The notes beneath the pieces are model-generated. The model worked only from the letters and a program-made list of their open reading frames with translations. It had not been told where the DNA came from and searched no databases. Positions 26,711-34,307 of a DNA stretch of 45,938 bases are shown here, piece after piece. The DNA comes from Acetobacteraceae bacterium (lineage in GTDB: Bacteria; Pseudomonadota; Alphaproteobacteria; Acetobacterales; Acetobacteraceae): the NCBI GenBank assembly GCA_035497095.1, contig DATJEA010000248.1, positions 1-45,938 on the forward strand. Direction: 5' to 3'. Position 1 is the first letter of the stretch; each line of letters starts with the position of its first letter. The position numbers and the translations under genes were made by a program.

Positions 26711-28170
26711 CGGCGGCTGTCCATGCCGGCAGGGTCTCCGGCGACGCTAACGACGCGGTCCAGTTGCATGGTGAGGCGGCGTCCGGCGTCGTAGCGCGGC
26801 CAGGGCAGGCCGGGGAGCGAGGGGTCGCCGTGCTCGATGAAGGCGGCCCAGGCGGCGCGGATATGGGCGGAGAGCGCCTGCATCTCGCCGGCGCCGCCGC
26901 CGGCCAGCATGCCGGCATCGGGCCAGGAGGCGAAATTGCCGAACACGAAGGGCAGTTCGATGCAGTGGCAGGCGTGAAAGCGGCTGCCGGGCGGCGCCCA
27001 GTTGAACTGATAGCCGAAGACCGGGCCGGCGGCGGCCTCGGCCAGTTGCATGGCGGGCCAGAGGAAGGTGCGGTCGCTGGACAGGTCGGCCAGCAGGTCC
27101 ATCGGCGAGCCGGCCGGGCGGCGGCGGCGATAGGCCCCCTCGCTGGCGCCGAGCGCCTGGAAACGGGCGGCGACCTTGGCCGGGTCCAGGCTGGCCATGG
27201 CGGGGTTGGAGGCGAAGAAGGCGTGCACCTCTTCGCGCGTGGCGCCGATCAGCAGCGGCTTGCCCTCGGCGGCGGCGGCGATGGCGGCGATCAGTTCCGG
27301 CTGGGTGAGTGCGCCAGGCAGCGTCGGCATGAACGGCGGGTTGGTCTCGGCGAAGCGGGCACGGGCGGCGGCTAGCGCGACTTGCGCGTCGAGCAGCGCG
27401 GCCACGGGGACGGTGCGCATGCGGTCGCCGAGGTCGGGTGCGGCGGGGTCGAAGCCGAGATGGCCGAGGTAGTCGCCGGCGGTGGCGGCGGCCGCGCTGC
27501 GGGAGAGCGGCGGGCGGCCGAAGCTGCCGCTTTGCAGAATTGCGGCGCGGAACTGGCGGCAGGCGACAGGGTGCAGCAGCAGCCGGCCGATCGAGGCGGC
27601 GCCGGCCGACTGGCCGGCGACGGTGACACGGGCCGGGTCGCCGCCGAACGCCGCGATATTGGCCTGCACCCAGGCCAGCGCCGCCACCTGATCGAGCGTG
27701 CCGGGGTCGCCTTCCTCGGGGGTGACGCCGGGCAGATGCAGGTAGCCGAGCGCGCCAAGCCGGTAATTGACGCCGACCACGACGATGCCGGCCTCGCGCG
27801 CCAGCACGCTGCCGTCGTACCAGTCCAGCGAGGCGGCGCCGGACATCCAGGCGCCGCCATGCAGCCAGACCAGCACCGGACGCTTCGCGGTATCCGCGGC
27901 CGGCGTCCAGATGGTCAGCGTCAGGCAGTCCTCGTCCATCGGCTTGCGAAAATCGCCCATCGCCGGGGCGAGCCGGGTGGGGGTCTGCGGCGCGATCGGG
28001 CCGTGCGCGGTGGCGTCGCGCTGGCCAATCCAGGGGATGGCCGGCTGCGGTGCCGAGAAGCGCAGCCGGCCGGTCGGTGATGCGGCGTAGGGTACGGCGC
28101 GAAAGATGGCGATACCATCCTCGGTGCGGCCGGCGAGGTCCCCGCTTTGGCTGTGCGCGATGGCGGTCAT
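26707..28170 (-). CDS. Carboxylesterase type B (para-nitrobenzyl-esterase-like alpha/beta hydrolase)
   Basis: 487 aa from the ATG at 28170. Oxyanion HGGAW, nucleophile elbow GQSAGA, and the C-terminal His region CHCIELPFVFGN are present. The ORF-track N-terminal extension to 28350 was trimmed. Confidence 0.85.
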   Translation of the reverse strand: MTAIAHSQSGDLAGRTEDGIAIFRAVPYAASPTGRLRFSAPQPAIPWIGQRDATAHGPIAPQTPTRLAPAMGDFRKPMDEDCLTLTIWTPAADTAKRPVLVWLHGGAWMSGAASLDWYDGSVLAREAGIVVVGVNYRLGALGYLHLPGVTPEEGDPGTLDQVAALAWVQANIAAFGGDPARVTVAGQSAGAASIGRLLLHPVACRQFRAAILQSGSFGRPPLSRSAAAATAGDYLGHLGFDPAAPDLGDRMRTVPVAALLDAQVALAAARARFAETNPPFMPTLPGALTQPELIAAIAAAAEGKPLLIGATREEVHAFFASNPAMASLDPAKVAARFQALGASEGAYRRRRPAGSPMDLLADLSSDRTFLWPAMQLAEAAAGPVFGYQFNWAPPGSRFHACHCIELPFVFGNFASWPDAGMLAGGGAGEMQALSAHIRAAWAAFIEHGDPSLPGLPWPRYDAGRRLTMQLDRVVSVAGDPAGMDSRR

Positions 28171-28175
28171 GCCGG

Positions 28176-28495
28176 TCAGACTCCCAGATGGCGATGCGCC
28201 AGGGCGGGATCGAGCGCCGCGGCGGGGCCCCGCCAGACGGTGCGGCCCTTCTCGATGATGACGTGATGGTCGGCCAGACGCTTCAGCGCCGCAAGGTTCT
28301 TGTCGACCAGCAGGATGGCGAGGCCCTCGGATTTGAGCGCTTGCAGGCACTGCCAGATCTCGGCGCGGATCAGCGGCGCCAGACCCTCGGTGGCTTCGTC
28401 GAGGATCAGCAGGCTGGGATTGGTCATCAGCGCGCGGCCGATCGCCAGCATCTGCTGCTCACCGCCGGCCAGACCACCCAGGCGGCCGTGACGCC
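28176..28495 (-). pseudogene. LivF-type ABC ATPase remnant (C-terminal third only, no Walker A)
   Basis: The frame reads RLGGLAGGEQQMLAIGRALMTNPSLLILDEATEGLAP...LLVDKNL. This covers the signature, Walker B and H-loop region. No N-terminal half is present. Confidence 0.75.
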
Positions 28496-28765
28496 AGGAA
28501 TGAGGCCGAGAAACTGGCTGTCATCGGCGGCGTGGAAGGCCAGGATGCCGACGACATAGCCGCCGAGCCCGAAGAAGCCGGCATGGCCGAAACTCGGCAA
28601 CCCGGTACGGCCCAGCAGCAGATCGAGCGCCACCGCGGCGATGGCTAAGACGGTGACCTGGGTGGCAAGCGTTATGAAATCCGGCCGGTGCAGTGCCCAG
28701 GCGAGCAGCGGCATCAGCGCGAGCAGCGCCAGGATCAGCAATGTTACGTAGCGTTGGCGGATCAT
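28496..28765 (-). pseudogene. LivM-type permease remnant (N-terminal ~90 aa) fused out of frame to the livF remnant
   Basis: MIRQRYVTLLILALLALMPLL...LLLGRTGLPSFGHAGFFGLGGYVVGIL matches the N-terminus of LivM-family permeases; compare the intact copy at 44204-45169. The reading frame then runs into the livF signature region in another frame. Confidence 0.7.
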
Positions 28766-28766
28766 G

Positions 28767-28899
28767 GCAGGGAAGTCTTCTTTGTTTGAAAACAAAGAAG
28801 CAAAAAAACTTCATCCCCTGGAGTCACCGCTGGCGCGGTCCGATGGACAATGGATGGGGTTTTTTGGTTCTCTTTTGCAAAAAAGAACTGCTTCCTTGC
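28767..28899 (+). repeat. MITE-like AT-rich nested-palindrome element, copy 3 (full)
   Basis: The left end is GCAGGGAAGTCTTCTTTGTTTGAAAACAAAGAAGCAAAAAAAC. The centre is CCTGGAGTCACCGCTGGCGCGGTCCG. The right end is GTTTTTTGGTTCTCTTTTGCAAAAAAGAACTGCTTCCTTGC. It lies 1 nt from the livM-remnant ATG and 1 nt from the livH-remnant stop. Confidence 0.9.
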
Positions 28900-28900
28900 T

Positions 28901-29772
28901 TCACCCATGCGCCGGAAACAATCCGCGCGGGCGCAGCAGCAACACCAGCGCCATCAGGATGAAGATCGACATCGACGCCAACCCGGCCGCCACCGCGTCG
29001 GCGCTGGACACCAGCAACACGCGCGCAGCAGCGCCGGCAGGAAGGCGCGCGACAGCGTGTCCACCATGCCAACCAGCATCGCGCCGGCAAACGCGCACCG
29101 CACCGAGCCGAGCCCGCCGATCACGATGACCACGAAGGTGGTGATCAGGATGCGGTCGCCCATGCCGACCTGCACCGACGGCAGCGGCCCGGTCAGCACC
29201 CCGGCCAGCCCGGCCAGCAGCGCGCCGAGGGCGAAAATCGCCGTGGTCAGCTTGCCGATATCCACCCCTAGCGCCCGCACCATGTCCCGGTTGGTCGCCC
29301 CCCGCGCAGCAGCATGCCGAGCCTGGTATGGCCGATCAGCCAGCACAACCCGCCCGCCACCGCCAACCCCGCGACGATGATCGCCAGCCGGAACACCGGA
29401 TACGGCACGCCGACGGTGAGCGGCCGGCGGCCCAAGATCATCGCCATCGCCTCGTTGAAGAACAGGATCAGCCCGAAGGTCGCCACCACCTGGTCCAGAT
29501 GATCGCGCCCATACAGCCGCCGCAACACCACGATTTCCATCGCAACGCCGGCCGCGCCGGCAGCGGCCAGCCCGGCGAGCAGCCCGAGCAGAAACGAGCC
29601 GGTCTGCCCCTGCACCCAGGCCGCCGCGAAGGCGCCGATCATGAATAGCGAGCCATGCGCCATGGTTGATCAGCCCCATCACGCCGAACACCAGCGTGAG
29701 TCCGGCAGCCATCGGGAACAGCATCACGCCGAATTGCAGCCCGTTCAGCACTTGCTCGGCAAGCAGGGTCAA
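28901..29772 (-). pseudogene. LivH-type branched-chain amino acid ABC permease, disrupted by at least three frameshifts
   Basis: LivH-like sequence continues across three reading frames: (1) TLLAEQVLNGLQFG...LTLVFGVMGLIN; (2) MAHGSLFMIGAF...IGHTRLGMLLR; (3) ATNRDMVRALGVDIGK...MVDTLSRAFLPALL; (4) VLLVSSADAVAAGLASMSIFILMALVLLLRPRGLF. Confidence 0.75.
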
Positions 29773-29794
29773 GGCAGCGTGCGTCCCGCCCGGC

Positions 29795-30964
29795 TCAAAG
29801 CATGCAGTATTGCGCGTAGGCGTCGCCATGGTCCTTGAAGACCTGACTCTTGGTCACCAGCGCCAGCGCGCCGGACTTGTCCTTTTCCACCCGCAGCCCC
29901 CACCAGTCCTGAATCGGCTCCTGGTTGTTGCCGAATTTGAACTTGCCGCGCACCGACTCGAACTGCGCCGGCAGCATGGCGCTGCGGAATACCTCGGTAT
30001 CCTCCACCTTCCCCCTGGTCTGGAACAGCGCGGCGCCGATCGCCAGCCCGGTATCGTAGCCCTGGCTCGCGTAATAGGTTGGCATGCGGTGATATTTGGC
30101 CTGGAACTCAGGCACGAAATGGCGGTTGGCGACGTTGTCGAAATCGCTGTTCCAGTGCGCGCTGACATTGATGCCGATCGCCGCCTCGCCGACCGCCTGC
30201 AGGATCACCGCATCCATCGAGGGTGCCGCCAGCACCATCGGAATTTTGCCAAGCAGCCCGGCCTGCTGGTACTGCCGGATGAACGCGATGCCGAGCCCGC
30301 CAGGGTGGAACTGGAACACCGCATCCGGGTTGGCGGCGCGGATCTGCGCCATCTCGGCGGCATAGTCGGTCTGGGCGAGGCTGGTGTAGCTCTCGCCGAC
30401 GATCTGGCCCTTGAAATAGCGCTTGAAGCCGGTGATCGCATCCTTGCCGGCCTGGTAGTTCGGCGCCAGCACATACATCTTCTTGTGACCGAGCAGATTG
30501 GCGTTCTGCCCGGCGCTCTCGTGCAGCGAGTCGTTCTGCCAGGAGACTACGTAGTAGTTCGGGTTGCAGTTCTTGCCGGCGAGATTCGAAGGCGCCGCAT
30601 TCGGGCTGATATAGATGCCGCCGGCATCGAGGATATCGCCAACCACTGTGCCCAGCACATTGGAAAACACGATGCCGGTATACAGGCGAATCCCGTCGGT
30701 GTTGATGAAGCGGCTGACGATCTGCTTGGCATGCGCCGGCTTCAGCCCGTCATCCTCGATCACCAGTTCCACCGGCACGCCGCCCAGCTTGCCATCGGCC
30801 ATCGCGAGTAGGAACCCGTCGCGGATATCCGCCCCCAGATAGCCGCCCGGGCCGGACAGCGTAGTGACCATGCCGATCTTCAGTTTGCCGGTTTGGGCAC
30901 GCAGAACGGCGGGCATCGCCAGCGTGGCGGCGCCGGCGGCGAGCAGGGTGCGGCGGGGGACCAT
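29795..30964 (-). CDS. Liv-type (family 4, LivK/BraC-like) ABC substrate-binding protein, apparently intact
   Basis: 389 aa. A signal peptide (RRTLLAAGAATLAMPAVLRAQ) is followed by KIGMVTTLSGPGGYLGADIRDG, typical of Leu/Ile/Val-binding-protein-fold receptors. The ORF-track extension to 31474 was trimmed. Confidence 0.85.
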   Translation of the reverse strand: MVPRRTLLAAGAATLAMPAVLRAQTGKLKIGMVTTLSGPGGYLGADIRDGFLLAMADGKLGGVPVELVIEDDGLKPAHAKQIVSRFINTDGIRLYTGIVFSNVLGTVVGDILDAGGIYISPNAAPSNLAGKNCNPNYYVVSWQNDSLHESAGQNANLLGHKKMYVLAPNYQAGKDAITGFKRYFKGQIVGESYTSLAQTDYAAEMAQIRAANPDAVFQFHPGGLGIAFIRQYQQAGLLGKIPMVLAAPSMDAVILQAVGEAAIGINVSAHWNSDFDNVANRHFVPEFQAKYHRMPTYYASQGYDTGLAIGAALFQTRGKVEDTEVFRSAMLPAQFESVRGKFKFGNNQEPIQDWWGLRVEKDKSGALALVTKSQVFKDHGDAYAQYCML

Positions 30965-31004
30965 CGCGGGCTCCTTGACCAACGGAAACGGGGAATTGTC
31001 ATTT

Positions 31005-31474
31005 GCAATGTGCCGGAGCGGGCGGCGATGCCAATCTCCACCCGCTCGCTGATATGTTTGTAATACTGGTACAGCGTGTCGTCGCGGTCGCTGAGGAAAT
31101 GCAGCAGTGGCGCGGGCACGACGATGAAATCGGCGCCGATCGCCTGGGCGTGGTCGGCAAGTTCCAGCACCGTGCCCATGTTCTGGCCGGAGCACGACAT
31201 GATGGTGCCGGCGCGGCCACACAGCGCATCGGCAGCGATATCGAAGCTGCGTTTGCGTCGGGCCAGCGGCATCGAGAAAAACTCGCCCTGCTTGCCGGCG
31301 ACGAACACGCCGTCGATACCGAGCGGCCCGGTCCAGTACAGCAGGTTGCGGCGAAAGCCGGCCTCGTCGAACGCCAAATCCTCGGGGCGGAATGGCGCCA
31401 GGGCGGCGGCCCGGATACCACGCAGATGCGCGCGCGTAGGCCTTGGCGTCGGTGCGGCGGTAGGCCGGCATCAC
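31005..31474 (-). pseudogene. Dihydrodipicolinate synthase (DapA/NAL) family fragment, N-terminal ~140 aa, frameshifted and truncated
   Basis: LRGIRAAALAPFRPEDLAFDEAGFRRNLLYW...IDGVFVAGKQGEFFSMPLARRKR...ADFIVVPAP...YYKHISERVEIGIA matches the first third of class I aldolases of the DapA family. The upstream ATG is in another frame. The similarity stops about 40 nt before the binding-protein start. Confidence 0.6.
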
Positions 31475-31542
31475 GCCCCTCCCCTATTGGTGCGACCGCG
31501 CCAGCCTAGCCCAATTTTCCGTCGCTGGAAACGAATCCGCGC

Positions 31543-31944
31543 CTACCAGAGCGGTTTCATGTCGGTAGTGGAAACATGCGCCGCCACCACCCGCCAGCCC
31601 TCCGGGAAACGGACGAAGGTCTGGCTCTGGCGACCGATCAGGTCGTGGCCGCGCACCTTGAACTCCAGGTTGGTGGTGGCGAAATCGCGGCCGATGGTCA
31701 GGATTTCCAGCCGGATGCGCTTCTCCTTGCTGCCCGGCCCCGGCTTGCGGGCGACCCGGTGGGCGTGGATGGCATCGAACCCGTAGCCGTGCTCGTGCAT
31801 CGCATAGCGAATGGTGTGCGGACTGTTCCAGAACGTGTTGTCCAGCACATCGACATTCTTGTCGATCAACGCCTGCTCGTAGCGCTCGAAGATCTCGGTG
31901 ATCTCGGCCACCACCTCCGGGATATTCGGTGTCAGGTCGGTCAT
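31543..31944 (-). CDS. AtzH-like / NTF2-fold (DUF3225/HpxZ-like) small protein
   Basis: 133 aa from MTDLTPNIPEVVAEITEIFERYEQALIDKNVDVLDNTFW. It has an SnoaL/NTF2-like pattern. ATGA overlap with the stop of the upstream amidase. Confidence 0.6.
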   Translation of the reverse strand: MTDLTPNIPEVVAEITEIFERYEQALIDKNVDVLDNTFWNSPHTIRYAMHEHGYGFDAIHAHRVARKPGPGSKEKRIRLEILTIGRDFATTNLEFKVRGHDLIGRQSQTFVRFPEGWRVVAAHVSTTDMKPLW

Positions 31945-33107
31945 CGTGCGGCCTCCAGGGCGAGAGCAGTGGCGATCAGCGTGGTATCGGTGCCGCGGCC
32001 GCCGAGGATCGACAGGCCGACCGGCGCGCCACCCACCGTCGCGCCCGGCAGGTTCAGTTGCGGCACCCCGGTGAGGCCGCCATGCGCGCACAGGCAGGTG
32101 ATGCGGTCGCGCAGCGGGGTCAGCACCGGCAGTGGCAGGCCCTTTTTCGGCGCCGCAAACGGGGTGGTGGGCAGGCATAATATCGTGCCGGGCGGCAGCA
32201 AATAACGCAGCCGGGCGCGCGCCTCCTCACGCATCAGGCTGGCCCAGCCATGCTCGGCCGGCGTAATACTGGCGCCGGCCAGCAATCCGGCGGCGACGCT
32301 GAACGCCATGCGCGGATTGGCGGTTTCCACCCAGGGCCGGAACGTCGCCCACGCCTCCGCCGGTTGCAAGCGGCGCTGCGCCTGCGCCCAGACCGAAAGG
32401 CCCTGCGGCGCCAGCAGCACCTCGCGCGGCGGCCCGATGATCGCGGCCACTCTGGCCACCATCGGCTGCAATGCTGCGGCAACCTCAGGGTCGGCAAAAC
32501 CGAACGCGTCGGTGGCGATCAGCAAGCTGGTCGGCAGCGCGCTGGCTGGCGGCTCGCCGAGCAGCACGGCGGCAACACGCGCAAAAGTGGCTGCGTCGCG
32601 CGCGAACCACCCGGTGGTGTCCGAACTCGGCGCCTGCGGCAGCATGCCGGTGACATCGAGCCGGCCATGGGTCGGCCGCATGCCATACAACCCGCAGAAA
32701 CTGGATGGCACTCGCACCGAGCCGCCGGTATCGGTCCCCAGCGCGGTGTCGCACAGACCGGACGCCACGGCCGAGGCCGAACCCGACGACGACCCGCCAG
32801 GCACCCGGTCCGGCGCCGCCGGGTTCAGTGGCGTACCGTCGAACGGATTCTCGCCAAGAATGCCCAGCGACACCTCGTCGGTGACGGTCTTGCCGATCAG
32901 GCTGGCGCCGGCATCGAGCAGCGTCTGCACCGCCCAGGCATGCCGCGTCGGCACCTTGTTGTAGCGCGCCCAATCGTGATTGCCGCCGCCGGTGGGATGA
33001 CCGGCGATGTCAAACAAATCCTTCGCCGCGAAGGTCAGGCCGGCGAGCGGGCCGCTGGGCGCGCCGCGCAGATGCAGGCGGGGGCCGGGGATGAACGGGT
33101 CGGTCAT
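31941..33107 (-). CDS. Amidase-signature family amidohydrolase (short, AMI1-like)
   Basis: It has GLTFAAKDLFDIAG and the GGSSSGSASAV ... GTDTGGSVRVPSSFCG amidase signature (Ser-cisSer-Lys). It is 388 aa from MTDPFIPG. The ORF-track N-terminus MLLFVHKKKTLL is read-through into repeat copy 4. Confidence 0.85.
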   Translation of the reverse strand: MTDPFIPGPRLHLRGAPSGPLAGLTFAAKDLFDIAGHPTGGGNHDWARYNKVPTRHAWAVQTLLDAGASLIGKTVTDEVSLGILGENPFDGTPLNPAAPDRVPGGSSSGSASAVASGLCDTALGTDTGGSVRVPSSFCGLYGMRPTHGRLDVTGMLPQAPSSDTTGWFARDAATFARVAAVLLGEPPASALPTSLLIATDAFGFADPEVAAALQPMVARVAAIIGPPREVLLAPQGLSVWAQAQRRLQPAEAWATFRPWVETANPRMAFSVAAGLLAGASITPAEHGWASLMREEARARLRYLLPPGTILCLPTTPFAAPKKGLPLPVLTPLRDRITCLCAHGGLTGVPQLNLPGATVGGAPVGLSILGGRGTDTTLIATALALEAAR

Positions 33108-33121
33108 GGCGTGCGTTCCAA

Positions 33122-33251
33122 GCAAGGTCTTCTTTTTGTGAACAAAAAGAAGCAAAAAAACTTTTTATTCCCTGGAGTCCGGACCGCGGTCCGAGACTCC
33201 ACGGATGAAGTTTTTTGCGCGCTTTTCTTCAAAAAAGCGCTGCTTCCTTGC
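33122..33251 (+). repeat. MITE-like AT-rich nested-palindrome element, copy 4 (full)
   Basis: The left end is GCAAGGTCTTCTTTTTGTGAACAAAAAGAAGCAAAAAAAC. The centre is GGAGTCCGGACCGCGGTCCGAGACTCC. The right end is GTTTTTTGCGCGCTTTTCTTCAAAAAAGCGCTGCTTCCTTGC. It abuts the korB stop (33252-33254). Confidence 0.9.
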
Positions 33252-34307
33252 CTACCTAAGCGAAGCGTTGAGCTTGTCGAGCGCCGCCGACCCAGGCACC
33301 AGATCGCCATCCGTCAGCGCATTGAACGGCGTCGCCACAGTGTCGAGATAGCCGTGCAGGTCGTCCGCCTCGGGATCGACATAGAGCAGGCCGGTGACGA
33401 TCTCGCCGCGCGCGTGGTGGTGTTGCAGGTAGTTCATCGCGCTGGCGCGGTCGTTCGCGTTGTATTCGTCGTCCAGCTTGCGCAGCTTGAGCAGCGAGCC
33501 GTCGTGCTGGCGAACGATCTCCACCGAGCCAGGCGTGTAGTTGGTGACGATCTCGTCGCGGCCGGTGATGACGTCGAGAAAGTTCACCGCCTCGTTATGC
33601 TCACGCACGTAATCGAAACTCTTGGTGCTGCCGTCATGGTTGTTGAACGCGACGCAGGGGCTGATGCAGTCGATGAAGGCGGCGCCCTTGTGCTTCAGGG
33701 CGCCCTTGATCAGCGGCACCAGTTGCGTCTTGTCGCCGGAAAAGCCGCGCCCGACATAGGTGGCGCCGAGTTGCAGCGCCATGCCGATCATGTCGATCGG
33801 TTCGTCGAGATTGGGCACGCCGCGCTTGTTCTTGGCGCCCTTGTCGGCGGTGGCGGAAAACTGGCCCTTGGTCAACCCGTAGACGCCATTGTTCTCGACG
33901 ATATAGGTCATGTTGACGCCGCGCCGCATCGAATGCGCGAACTGCCCGAGGCCGATCGAGGCGCTGTCGCCATCGCCGGAAACGCCGAGATAGATCAGGT
34001 CGCGGTTGGCCAGGTTGGCGCCGGTCAACACGCTGGGCATCCGGCCATGCACCGAGTTGAAACCGTGCGAATTGCCGAGGAAATAGGTCGGCGTTTTCGA
34101 CGAACACCCGATGCCGGACAGCTTGGCGATGCGATGCGGCGGCAGATCGAGCTCGAAACAGGCGCGCACGATCGCCGCACTGATCGAATCATGCCCGCAC
34201 CCGGCGCAGAGCGTGGAGATTGCCCCCTCATAATCCCGCCGCGTGAACCCCAGCGCGTTCTTCGGCATATCCGGGTGATGCAGCTTCGGCTTCGGCAAAT
34301 AGGTCAT
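33252..34307 (-). CDS. korB: 2-oxoglutarate (2-oxoacid):ferredoxin oxidoreductase beta subunit
   Basis: 351 aa from MTYLPKP. It has a CAGCGHDSI cluster or TPP region and the GDGDSASIG TPP-binding motif. ATGA overlap with the korA stop. Confidence 0.9.
   Translation of the reverse strand: MTYLPKPKLHHPDMPKNALGFTRRDYEGAISTLCAGCGHDSISAAIVRACFELDLPPHRIAKLSGIGCSSKTPTYFLGNSHGFNSVHGRMPSVLTGANLANRDLIYLGVSGDGDSASIGLGQFAHSMRRGVNMTYIVENNGVYGLTKGQFSATADKGAKNKRGVPNLDEPIDMIGMALQLGATYVGRGFSGDKTQLVPLIKGALKHKGAAFIDCISPCVAFNNHDGSTKSFDYVREHNEAVNFLDVITGRDEIVTNYTPGSVEIVRQHDGSLLKLRKLDDEYNANDRASAMNYLQHHHARGEIVTGLLYVDPEADDLHGYLDTVATPFNALTDGDLVPGSAALDKLNASLR

Noticed and set aside
28901-29772. Programmed ribosomal frameshifting in the livH homologue.
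   Set aside because: There are three independent shifts in different directions, no slippery heptamers, and the neighbouring genes are grossly deleted. Pseudogenisation, or partly sequencing error, is the simpler explanation.
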